A DNA stretch of 64,000 nucleotides from Macrostomum lignano. Lineage: Eukaryota. Location of the stretch: assembly GCA_002269645.1 (NCBI GenBank), contig NIVC01000702.1:186001-250000 (forward strand), written 5' to 3'. The translations under genes and the position numbers were made by a program. The notes beneath the pieces are model-generated. The model saw only the letters and a program-made list of their open reading frames with translations, was not told the DNA's origin and did not search any database. Of this stretch, positions 1 to 24,290 are shown one piece after another (position 1 is the first letter of the stretch; every line of letters starts with the position of its first letter).

Positions 1-878
1 GGCTTTTACTTGACTCTTTTGATGTGCCGCCTCCCGTCACCCAGCCCTATTAATTCAGAATTCATCGGCTCTTTGATGTGCCGCCTCCCGTCACCCAGTC
101 CTATTAAATCAGCTCGGTTCTTTGATGTGCCGCCTCCCCGTCACCCAGCCCTATTAATTCAGAATTCATCGGCTCTTTGATGTGCCGCCTCCCGTCACCC
201 AGTTCTATTAAATCAGCTCGGTTCTTTGATGTGCCGCCTCCCCGTCACCCAGCCCTATTAATTCAGAATTTATCGACTCTTTGATGTGCCGCCTCCCGTC
301 ACCCAGCCCTATTAATTGAGAATTCATCGGCTCTTTGATGTGCCGCCTCCCGTCACCCAGCCCTATTAATTGAGAATTCATCGGCTCTTTGATGTGCCGC
401 CTCCCGTCACCCAGCCCTATTAATTCAGAATTAATCGGCTCTTTGATGTGCCGCCTCCCGTCACCCAGCCCTATTAATTCAGAATTCATCGGCTCTTTGA
501 TGTGCCGCCTCCCCGTCACCCATTCCTATTAAATCAGCTCGGTTCTTTGATGTGCCGCTCCCTCACCCAGCCCTATTAATTCAGAATTAATCGGCTCTTT
601 GATGTGCCGCCTCCCGTCACCCAGCCCTATTAATTCAGAATTCATCGGCTCTTTGATGTGCCGCCTCCCCGTCACCCAGCCCTATTAATTCAGAATTAAT
701 CGGCTCTTTGATGTGCCACCTCCCGTCACCCAGCCCTATTAATTCAGAATTCATCGGCTCTTTGATGTGCCGCCTCCCCGTCACCCATTCCTATTAAATC
801 AGCTCGGTTCTTTGATGTGCCGCTCCCTCACCCAGCCCTATTAATTCAGAATTCATCGGCTCTTTGATGTGCCGCCCG
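1..878. repeat. Minisatellite, ~54-bp unit (ggctctttgatgtgccgcctcccgtcacccagccctattaattcagaattcatc) with shorter variant units; continues past the left window edge
   Basis: Unit read directly from the sequence; it gives the 18-aa periodicity of the spurious ORF 208-519. Confidence 0.95.
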
Positions 879-2013
879 CCTCTCTGTATGTCTAATAGAT
901 TTTAGAAAACGGTGCTTCGAAAGTTTCTTTCACCAAGCTGTCTAGAATGCTGCTCAAGAAAACTAGCATTGATTGTATTTTTCTTATCTGCCTCAATTGA
1001 TTACTCAGCATTCAGTTCCGACTTATCTAATGACTTATTGGCTCTGGTCTCCCTGACTTGACCTCAGTTATATCCAGGTACTGAGTTCCGTACATGTAAC
1101 CCCTTGCTGATTATAGTAGTGTAAAATAATTTTGTCAATATCTGCTCATCTGCATTAAGTTTAGCTATTAGCCATGATCAGACACTCAGGCACTATTGTC
1201 GATTCTTGTAAAAAAATAGTTTGCTTAGAATTTGGATTTTTGATTAACTGATTGCATTAGTAAACTAATTTGCGCCGCTAGAAAACTCTGCAATGTTCTG
1301 CATGTGTTTTAATTAAACCGTTATTCAACTAAATAAATACATGTATACTGTGTAAGTGTATAATTTGTGTTACAAACTTTTTGACACTTACTATATAATA
1401 TACGAGCAATATGTGATGTCGTTGGCTCAAGCTCTCTCTCCCTCTTCCACCTCGCGCCGGCCTGGCCCACGCTCTGCCCTGCGGCGGCTCGTGATTGGCT
1501 GGTCGGCGGGGTGGGGATTTCGCAGCCGCCCGTCTCTCTGTCCCTGCCCCCTCATTTCTATCTCTTGCTCCCGTGACGATCGTGTGAAACTCAGTGACTC
1601 ATCATTCCACAGCTGCACCCCCCCCCCCGAGTGTACATTTACCCCATGTACAAACTTCATCACGTGACTGCTTTCTCACATTTTATTATCTATCCAGCCC
1701 CTTCTTATCTTTGATTTAGCAAAGTTTTTGTCCTCTTTCTCTTTGAGAGCGCTGCGCAGGCCCACATCTGTTTATTAAAAATGACATAAAAATTGTTGTC
1801 AACAAACGTAGGTGTTAATTAATAGCGTTTTTATTTACATGTAATTAAAAAAATCATGGCAAAAGCCAGCGAGGAGGGAAACTGATACGCACGCATGCAC
1901 ACGAGCTCATACTGGGTGTACATTGCCATTTGACACACCGTAGGCCTCAGAGGGACTTGGCCATTGAAAGTACATTCTTATCTATAAAAATGGTCTCAGA
2001 CAAATCTTCGGCA

Positions 2014-10215
<8,202 letters not shown>

Positions 10216-10609
10216 CAATTATCGATTGTACACTGAGTTCTATCTGTAGTGTATACCGGTATATAAGTGGCTTTTGAATTTAATATTTTACATAGTCAAA
10301 AGAACAGTTTTTTTCTCGAGCCATTTTTTTTCAACTTCTTTCCTCTGCGTTTAATAAATTGAGTAGCTGGTTGGGTCTTTTGTCCTTCGCTGCACAGCAA
10401 TTTTTGTACTGACGCTCTGCATTTCAACTCTCATATCTGCTTGTGCACCCAATTGTGTTCTTGCGTGCCTTCACTTAGTTTGTACAATAAACTTGCGCAT
10501 ATATTGCACAGGTGTGCGCACTCACTTTCAGTTGAGAGAATTTTTAGTACCTGACTAGCGCATTAAGCCCCAATGGGGCATTCGAATTCAAAATCCAAAC
10601 ATTGAGAGA

Positions 10610-10853
10610 GACGATAGAGTGAAGAGAGAGGTGGGGGAGTAGAGAGAGAAGGGGGAATAGAGAGAGGGGGAGAGTAGAGAGAGGTGGGGGAGTAGAGAGA
10701 GGGGAGGGGAGTAGAGAGATGGGGAGGGGAGTAGAGAGATGGGGAGGGGGAGTAGAGAGATGGGGAGGGGGAGTAGGGAGATGGGGAGGGGGAGTAGAGA
10801 GATGGGGAGTGGGAGTAGAGAGATGGGGAGGGGGAGTAGAGAGAGGGTTAGAG

Positions 10854-10901
<48 letters not shown>

Positions 10902-11222
10902 TAGAGAGAGGGGGAGAGTAGAGAGAGAAGGGGAAAATAGAGAGAGAGGGGAGAGTAGAGAGAGGTGGGAGAGTAGAGAGAGGTGGGAGAGTAGAGAGAG
11001 AAGGGGAGAATAGAGAGAGAGGGGAGAGTAGAGAGAGGTGGGAGAGTAAAGAGAGGGGGAGAGTAGAGAGAGAGGGGGAGAATAGAGAGAGATGGGAGAG
11101 TAGAGAGAGGTGGGAGAGTAGAGAGAGAAGGGGAAAATAGAGAGAGAGGGGAGAGTAGAGAGAGGGGGGAAAGGGGGAGTAGAGAGAGGGTTAGAGTGGA
11201 GAGAGAGAAGGGGGAGAGTAGA
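10610..11222. repeat. Polypurine (GA-rich) degenerate repeat, ggggagagtagagaga plus (GA)n
   Basis: Direct. Confidence 0.93.
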
Positions 11223-11764
11223 TCTGAGAGGCCATTGGTCATTGCCAAATAGTTCTAAATATTGAATTACACGCCAACTGGCAAGCAGATGTAGGCTATT
11301 AATTAAAAAAGTTTTCTACAAAAATCGGTCGATACTACTTAGTTAAGACGACTTACCACCCAACATGTTTTCGAAGCTTCAATTTGTTTTCTTTCTGCTA
11401 AAAATTTCATTGGCTTATTTATGCTTTTTTATGAAGGAGAGTAAGATTATATATTCATTTATCAGGAATATAACCCATACTGATCTAAATTACTTTTTTC
11501 AATGATTCTCTGCCAACTAACGGGCCTACGAAAGTACATGTGTACTTGTAATAGTTATACCGACAGTTTATCTAAAATGGATTCTCTCTAGGACATCTGC
11601 AGCTATTGATTTTTATTTATTATTAACGATGTCGAAAGACTTGGTGAGGCTTTAGGGAGGGCTGTTGTTCCTCGATTCGGAAGCAGTGGGCTTTCACGAT
11701 TGCTGGAGTCATGGACTTCTAAAATGGAGCAAATGGAATGGAAGACCTTGGCAACGAATTCTGT

Positions 11765-12535
11765 GTCCGAGTTGACCCAAATTAGATAGTCAGAGATGAC
11801 CCACATTGGGTGTCAGAGTTGACCCAAATTAGATAGTAAGAGATGACCCACATTGGGTGTCAGAGTTGACCCAAATTAGATAGTAAGAGATGACCCACAT
11901 TGGGTGTCAGAGTTGACCCAAATTAGATAGTAAGAGATGACCCACATTGGGTGTCAGAGTTGACCCAAATTAGATAGTAAGAGATGACCCACATTGGGTG
12001 TCCGAGTTGACCCAAATTAGATAGTAAGAGATGACCCACATTGGGTGTCAGAATTGACCCAAATTAGATAGTCAGAGATGACCCACATTGGGTGTCCGAG
12101 TTGACCCAAATTGTGTGTCAGAGCTGACCCAAATTGGGTGCCAGATTTGACCCACATTATGCGTCAGAGTTGACCCACATTATGCGTCAGAGTTGACCCA
12201 CATTGGGAGTCAGAGTTGACCCACATTGGGAGTCAGAGTTGACCCACATTTTGCGTCAGAGTTGACCCACATTGGGAGTCAGAGTTGACCCACATTGGGA
12301 GTCAGAGTTGACCCACATTATGCGTCAGAGTTGACCCACATTGGGAGTCAGAGTTGACCCACATTATGCGTCAGAGTTGACCCACATTTTGCGTCAGAGT
12401 TGACCCACATTGGGAGTCAGAGTTGACCCAAATTTTGCGTCAGAGTTGACCCACATTGGGAGTCAGAGTTGACCCACATTTTGCGTCAGAGTTGACCCAC
12501 ATTGGGAGTCAGAGTTGACTCACGTTGGGGGTCAG
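11765..12535. repeat. Minisatellite: 47-bp dimeric unit switching to a 23-bp monomer (gtcagagttgacccacattggga)
   Basis: Period 47 at 11821-11868; period 23 after ~12110. Confidence 0.93.
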
Positions 12536-13387
12536 AGCTAGATTCCAATCCAGTCCACTTTAGCGCTCGTATTGGTAGTCCTTGGCGCAAAGCACACAAG
12601 TAGTGGTTCCCCCGCATCGATCTGGGGCCGGGCCTGCAGCCTCCCCGTGCGTGTTTTTCCTAATCGAATCTGGTCCTCCCTAGAGCAAAGTGATCTAGTG
12701 GGTGATGAAGAGGGAGACGGTTGGGAGTTGGAAGAGACAAGAGTGGCATCTACAAAGCGAGAATATCGTCTCTATACATATGTGGCTACTGCATATGTGG
12801 ACTCAGATTCCACCAAACTCTTCATCTTAGCCTCTCCGCAGCCGAGAAGGGGACAGGGAATAATTAAAGCCCGGCTGGGGTTCTCAGTAGGCACGCAAGA
12901 AAAACTTCTGACCGAAGCGCGGCTAACAATTCCAGCAAAAGGATGTGATGTGGGGCGCCGGCTTTGGTGTGCTTGAGAAAGTTGAGTTAAGTTGCTAGGA
13001 GAGGTGGTGGGTCGGGCCTCATGTTAGATCGATTGCGTGCAGACAAGAGCCCGGCACCGAGATCGTGCAGTGGGGGGATAATTCTCCCCCAGCTGTGTCA
13101 GTGAGGGATGGAGTGAAATTATAAATTAGGGTTAGTTTGTTATATTGGTTACGCATGTATGCTCAACATCGGATTCGCGATTCCGTCTCAAGTGTTACTC
13201 ACAAGTCAGCTGGACGAATGCACGCAGTAACCATGCAGTGCTGCCTGGAATTGTAAATCATTGGGCCTTGATTTTAGCTGTGAATGCGGGGTGCGACCTG
13301 CGCAGGCTCCAGCCTCTGAGCGCCGGGTATGGTTCGAATTCCTTTTCTCTTTAGTGTGATTTAATTGAGCTCTTTTGTGCTTGATAA

Positions 13388-13405
13388 TTCTCTCTCGCTC
13401 GCTCG

Positions 13406-13438
<33 letters not shown>

Positions 13439-13443
13439 GCTCG

Positions 13444-13530
<87 letters not shown>

Positions 13531-13645
13531 GTGTCTCTGGTGTCTCTGGTGTCTCTGGTGTCTCTGGTGTCTCTGCTGTCTCTGGTGTCTCTGGTGTCTC
13601 TCTCTCTCTCTCTCTGGTGCCTTTGGTGTCTCTCTGGTCTCTCCC
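13388..13645. repeat. (CT)n microsatellite followed by (GGTGTCTCT)n
   Basis: Direct. Confidence 0.95.
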
Positions 13646-14139
13646 ATAGTATATTTTCTTTATAAAATAAGAATAAAAAAAATTTTTTTAAGTTTATGAA
13701 AGTTCAAAATCCTTTAAATTATAATGACATTTTTGCAAACGCACAAGTCTGTCAATTTAAATAGTAGATGTGCCATTCTAATACTGGTAATTTTAAGCAT
13801 TATAAGACTTCTACCAGATGAGATTAGTTTTATTAAAAGTAAACGAAGCAAGCAAATTATGCAGAGCAATAACAAATAAGCGCATTGGGATTTTTACATT
13901 AGGATCTCAGATTGCTTCGGTTAATCTATGTCACTATGTTTTCGGTGACAATGGGTGTCGTCAATAAGTGTTGAAAAAATCTAATAAGAAGACAACTACA
14001 TCAGCTATGTACATAATATTATGCCAGTATCACGAAGCGACAATGCATGAACTTTTAAAAGAAATGTAACAAAAATTCTGCTGTGCAAAGCTAAACGATA
14101 GGCTACGAGTACAAGTTATAAGGCCTGTTGCCAATTTTG

Positions 14140-14632
14140 AATTTGGGTTGGAGGGTGAGAGCTAGTTAAATTGGGGTGGAGGGTGACAGCCACTGAAATG
14201 CGGTGTTAGGATGCGAGCTAGGTAAATTCGGGTGGTGGGTGAGAGCCGCTGAAATTAGGGCGGTGGGTGAGAGCTATTTAAATTGGGGTGGTGGGTGAGA
14301 GCAATTTAAATTGGGGTGGTGGGGGACAGCCAGTGAAATTGGGGTAGTGGGTGAGAGTTTTTTAAATTGGGGTGGGGTGAGAGCTATTTAAATTGGGGTG
14401 GTGGGGGGACAGCCAGTGAAATTGGGGTAGTGGGTGAGAGTTTTTTAAATTGGGGTGGGGTGAGAGCTATTTAAATTGGGGTGGTGGGGGGGAGCCAGTG
14501 AAATTGGGGTGGTGGGTGAGAGTTTTTTAAATTGGGGTGGGGTGAGAGCTATTTAAATTGGGGTGGTGGGGGGAGCCAGTGAAATTGGGGTGGTGGGTGA
14601 GAGCCACTGAAATCGATGTGGTGGGTGAGAGG
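14140..14632. repeat. G-rich ~28-31-bp minisatellite (aaattggggtggtgggtgagagctattt)
   Basis: Direct. Confidence 0.9.
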
Positions 14633-14748
14633 CACAACTTGCCATTGAAGTGAATTTTAATTTAAAACTGATTCCAATAAAAAGACTGCGCTTTTAATCC
14701 ATCGCATTTAAAGGTTCAACAAACTTGACCGGTTCTTCACGCGTTACT

Positions 14749-18487
<3,739 letters not shown>

Positions 18488-20761
18488 GACTGGCGAGTCC
18501 TGGCCTCGTTGTCCCGGATGAGTCAGTCAGTCAAGCCATGCCGGCTACTTGATTGGCGAAACTGTTGGCTAACGAGAGCTGAGAGTTGTGGCTTAAACTT
18601 TATAGGCATTTAGCATTAAGATGCATGGGTTGAGAAAGGGTTTGGATTGGTTGAGAGGTCCTGTCTATTCAGTAGCAAGCTAGCTTATAAGTTGCTTGAG
18701 AGCTCCTTTTGATGAAGCAGACTTACGGAGTGAAGACGGCGGAGAAGTTCCGCCAATGGTGTGCGCGCGCCGTTCAGGTTGAATTTAGGCCTCTCCCTGA
18801 AGCTGCTGACAGCTTCCTGTAGCTTTTCTTTGCTCGCCTGTCGCCACCTCTCCTTACTCCCTTTCTTGCCGTGGCAACTCTCACTTCAGGCATCCAATGG
18901 GAGATTGGCAACTCTTTTCCTGCCTTGCTCACTGCTCAGGGTTTGACTTCTAGTAGTCACAGTCTCACGCTTTGCCTACCCTTTCAGATATTTGTGTGTG
19001 TGTGTGTGTAGGTGAATGAATGCCTCGCTGACGTTGAAGACTCAAGCAAGACTCAAAGAAGAGACGATCGGAGAGGGCGGAGGGGAGATGGCCTCCCGCG
19101 CGCACAAAAAAACTCCTTCTTAGCTTTCCCACATTGAAGCTTTTTTGCAATCCTTGATCCATATTTTCTTTCCGCGATTCTGCCCAGTCCCAAAATCCCC
19201 CCTCAGATCTTCTGCTCAGCTCCCTGGGGAGTTTGCGCCCGAAATTATCCCCATAACTCAGATAGCAGCTTCTCATTCCCGAGCGAGATGGGGCAGGAGA
19301 TCGGGCTCTTGCTTCGTAGAGTGTCAACGTCGGCTTGCTTTGGAGAAAATCTTCTGCAAGAAAATTAATCGAAATTTGGATAGTCATCGCCAGCCAGTAA
19401 TCGATCGATCAGTGATCACAGAGTTTTCTTTGAAGGCTAGATCTCGTAAGCACTCGAGGATAGTTTATCGTTCGTGGCATCAAAATTAATGAGTTTAAAG
19501 TGAGTTCCTAAGCGGTAAACGCGTCTGACTCTCAATCGCGCTCGACTCCGAGGACTTGTGTGCTCGAAATAATGATTTGTTTTGCGGGTTGGGTTGGGTT
19601 GAGAAGAATTGCGTCAGGACCGGCTTTGGGTCGATGTCGCCGAAGACAAATTGTGGCATGAATATTTGTTCTATTTTATAATTGAGCTGATTAGTGAGTG
19701 GATGACTGAATACATGAGTGAGTACATGGTTGACTGCATTTGACACGTGAGTCATTGAGTTGTCAAAAAGTTCATGGCTGCAAATATTGACTTTAACTTT
19801 AGCCCTTAATCTACTGGATGGCGAAGCGTTCAAATGGAACAGCCCCGTGAAGTGTGAGGAATTGGGATACTAAATGCAAGTCACTGACGGAACGAAAAAG
19901 AGTTGAGATCCGGGGATGAAGAGACGAAACCAAACAGACTCAGCGCTGGCCAATCTATGTGGATGACTTGAGCTGCAGTTGGGTGATCGATATAAAGTCG
20001 CTGGGAAGAATGAAGAATAAAACGTCGCATCTCGGAGGGAAAAACGAGAGGAGAGTGGAATAGGGATAAAAGAGTTAGAGAGAAGATAGATCGTCTAAGG
20101 ATGATCGATGAAGTCGGTTGGAGACAACAAGATTTTGTCCCCTTCTTACAAGAGGCTTAGGAGGTCGAGATCGAGTAGCTGCTGCATGCTCAGCATGCTC
20201 AACAATCCATGAGGAGCGAAAAACCAGAGGCGCGCGGTCGTGCAAAATGTGTGATAAAATATGCATCGAGAAACATCAGTTGACAACAAAAAAAACTTGA
20301 CAACATAAAGACTTGAAAAACTTTGACTTGTCGTAAATCTAGCATTAATTTTTTAGGAAGCGGCAAAATTTTTGACGATTTTCAATGGCAATCCTGGCTC
20401 ACGGTTATATCTCTCCTCTTCTAACTCCTCTCTCCTCTCTACTCCCTCTTTGTCTCACTCCTCTCTCCTCTCTACTCCCTCCTCTTCTCATTCCTCTCTC
20501 CTCTCTACTCTCTCCTCTTCTCGCTCCTCTCCCCTCTTCTCTCTCTTCTCTTTTCTATTCCCCTCAACTCTTCTATTCTCTCCTCTCCTCTCTCCTCCCT
20601 CTTACCTCTCACTCTCTCCCTCCCCTCACCTCACTTTCTACACCCCTCTTATCTTCCCTCCTCTCCACTTCTCTCCTCTTTTTTCTCCCTCTCTCCTCTC
20701 CTATTCTCTCTCACGCCCGCATAGGTTAGATTCCTTTTCTGACCCTTGAGGTAGGAGCGAA

Positions 20762-21040
20762 ACAATTATAACAAAGTGGTGGATCGATCTTATAAATTAT
20801 GAAGTTTTGATTGTATCCAGCGTCCTATATATTTTACACAAGGAAAACTTTTTCTGTATACGAGTCAGCTGATTAAAGATTATAAATAGATCCTACAAAA
20901 AATAATCTTGTGTTGTCTGCTGCATCAACGCAACTGCGTAGGATTGAGAGCAGTTGTTATAATTAACTCGCCAAGCTAGTTGAAATGGGAGTCGTTAATC
21001 GGGGAACGGGTGACCCCTATGGACTCACCGGATGTTGCAG

Positions 21041-21130
<90 letters not shown>

Positions 21131-21653
21131 GCTGAATTCGCTCAATCAAAATTGGCAGAATATTCAGCATTAGTCATGCGCTGCCCCATGTCAATTCATA
21201 AATCGGGCCTATACTTCTGTACTAACAAGCTAGGCTGCATGGTAGCTGATTTACAACGGCCAAAACGTAAGCTTTTGTTGGTCCAGGCAATCAATCATCA
21301 ATGAAATGAAATACATGTATGTAGTTTATTTTGTATCCTTCGCCTGATCATGTACATGTATTTGACAATTTCAGACAATTATAACAAAGTGGTGGATCGA
21401 TCTTATAAATTATGAAGTTTTGATTGTATCCAGCGTCCTATATATTTTACACAAGGAAAACTTTTTCTGTATACGAGTCAGCTGATTAAAGATTATAAAT
21501 AGATCCTACAAAAAATAATCTTGTGTTGTCTGCTGCATCAACGCAACTGCGTAGGATTGAGAGCAGTTGTTATAATTAACTCGCCAAGCTAGTTGAAATG
21601 GGAGTCGTTAATCGGGGAACGGGTGACCCCTATGGACTCACCGGATGTTGCAG

Positions 21654-21735
<82 letters not shown>

Positions 21736-21981
21736 TTCGCTCAATCAAAATTGGCAGAATATTCAGCATTAGTCATGCGCTGCCCCATGTCAATTCATAA
21801 ATCGGGCCTATACTTCTGTACTAACAAGCTAGGCTGCATGGTAGCTGATTTACAACGGCCAAAACGTAAGCTTTTGTTGGTCCAGGCAATCAATCATCAA
21901 TGAAATGAAATACATGTATGTAGTTTATTTTGTATCCTTCGCCTGATCATGTACATGTATTTGACAATTTCAGACAATTAT
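20762..21981. repeat. Two tandem copies of a ~612-bp unit containing a (CT)n tract (repeated at ~29806-31025)
   Basis: acaattataacaaagtggtggatcg at ~20762 and ~21375; unit ends in acaattata. Confidence 0.93.
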
Positions 21982-22965
21982 ACAGTGCAGGGTGTATTTT
22001 CTTCATAATTTACAGCAGGGGTTTTAAGAAAATTTAACACAAATGAAAGAGCTGCGCATTATAGATATAATGGACATAATTAGAATGAACACATAGAGAA
22101 CTGTGAGCGTGCCTGCGTAGAACCTCGCTAGCGTATAGTAATCGCGCTTAATTGTGAATGTTTAGGAGTCAGTAGTGGATCGAATAAAGCACGGACTGCG
22201 ATTGCCTTCATGCTAGCATAGTATATAAAGACGAATTATTTCAACGTCCTGACAAACGAGGTCTAAATATAGGCGAACACGCCAAGGAGATTCTTGCGGT
22301 CTCGCGCGGACGTTAGACATGAAGCTACTCGAAGAATAGTATATTTTTATATAAAGAGACTTTTAAAACAAATATCGAAGACATAACACCATCAAAGGTA
22401 TGTTTGTTTACATCTTTTAACATCCTAAACGTACATGTACATGATCATTTCGTTCTCGTAAATTTTAATGATCAGAATGCACCCGGATTTATACATGTAA
22501 ATGTATGAGCAATTAAATTACAAACGTTGGCTGCCCCACGCAAGTTTTGCTTTCCACTAATTATGGAGGATTTTTAATTACTGTGTTTTCAGCATAAAAT
22601 GTTTTCAGCATAGCAGACGACGTTCTGTATAATTTTGACTGCTCTGTACAATGAAATGTATAATATGAGTGTTATATTTGAGCAGTCTTTCGCTATTTTT
22701 GAGCCAATATTTTATAACAGACGATTTCTCCGTCCTGCTACATTGGTTGTCCTTTTAGTTCGTATGTGAACATATATTTTACAAGTAAATTTAGAGCCAT
22801 GCGCATGTACAAAGTAAAGGGACTTGTTTAATTTTTTGTATACAACTTTTTTTCTGATTATGTCAAATATTTCTTTGATAGAAGTACAGCATAGGGTTTC
22901 ATTTCAAATACCGGCTTCATCAGTCTAGTATTTACCTAATTTAAATACTAAATACTAGAATACTA

Positions 22966-23090
22966 GAATACTAAATTTACGTATTTAGTATTACGTATTA
23001 CGTAAGTATTACGTATTACGTATTACGTATTACGTATTACGTACGTATTAATTACGTATTTACGTATTACGTATTTACCTATTTAACGTA
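22966..23090. repeat. (TTACGTA)n heptamer array preceded by a 10-bp inverted repeat (copy at ~32010-32134)
   Basis: Direct. Confidence 0.85.
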
Positions 23091-24290
23091 GTTCTTTTTG
23101 AGTGCCCAAATACAAACACGTTTTCTATTCGTTTTTTTAATAAATTTGATAAAATAAAAAATTAACTTTTGCAAAGCAATATTTTACTAGCAAGTTTTAG
23201 TATAATAAAACTGCGAATCCATATACTAAAAATGAAAATTATTTTTAAAAGAAACACTTACCTGACTCTGCAAAATGGTACTTAACTTAGTTTGTTATTT
23301 CACGGTACAACCTAGGCCTATAAATAGAATTTGATGGTCACGTCATTTCCGAGAACTTTGATCTCTTTCTTCAACTGTGTTCTATACTTCTATTCTAATC
23401 TAGACTTTTATATGCATTAGTGGTTGTATACTCATTTTTTCTATAAATAACAAAACTATGACAATATTTCTAGCTAGTTCGAGGTAATTTAAGGCCTGGT
23501 CTATTTAAACTAAACTAGATCTAAACATATTTAATATTTGAAGTTTTGAACAAAGTAAAATCCTAGTGCTTAGTAGGCCAGGCCCTAGCCTAGGGCCGAG
23601 GCGACTAGAAGGCCTGGCTAACCTGTAGTGTAGTAGGCCTAACTTCTACTAGTACTAGTTCTGAGCATCGTTATCAGACATAATTATATAAGCCTCGAGG
23701 AATATTAGCCTAGCCAGCCTATGGCATGCAAGCTATGCTAGCTGGCTGGCTAACATCACACTGTAGAGCTTGTAAGGCCTATAAATCCTAGAATAGGTAG
23801 GGCCTATGCTAGAAATTTCTGGCATAAAATTAAGTTGAGTTGAGTGTGCAATTGGAAGTTGGCATATAGATAGTTGGCATAATATTAATATTTCTACTTA
23901 TTAGACTAAAGCTGTATATAAATTATTTTTCTTTTAAATAGGCCTAAATGAGCCAAAATCACAAAATGAAAAGCAACTGACAAGGTAAAAATTTTAAGTA
24001 GGCCTATGCCTATGCCTAGACCCAGAAACCAGAAGGCAGATTTTAAGAAAATAAATTAGGAATAGGGCCTAATTTAGAATTGCTTCTTAGATATGTGTAT
24101 AAAATCACTTGTATTTCTTAGGGCCTATAGTTTTTATTAATAAAATAATAGGACTAATTAATTTTTTTATTTTCAATGATCTTATATCTAAGGCTAATTG
24201 GATCAATCAATCAACCAGCCAGATTTAATGTGTATCTCCTCCTAGATAGCTGCCATGGTCAGGAAGGTGCAGCGTGTGCGCCGGAATAAC

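Noticed and set aside
1420-1660. GC-rich patch with GATTGG and GC-box-like words
   Set aside because: No associated gene start in the window, so promoter function is unsupported
12540-13350. GC-richer unique segment with a 134-aa ORF
   Set aside because: No recognisable domain in the frames I translated and no splice context; it may be a decayed element but cannot be supported
18965-19833. ORFs of 140, 114 and 112 aa
   Set aside because: They overlap on opposite strands, start at non-ATG or weak codons, have no motifs, and one crosses the duplication boundary
21330-21345. gtatcctt resembling a U12-type 5' splice site (also at ~21932 and ~48590)
   Set aside because: Not adjacent to any exon, and no matching U12 branch site or acceptor context was identified
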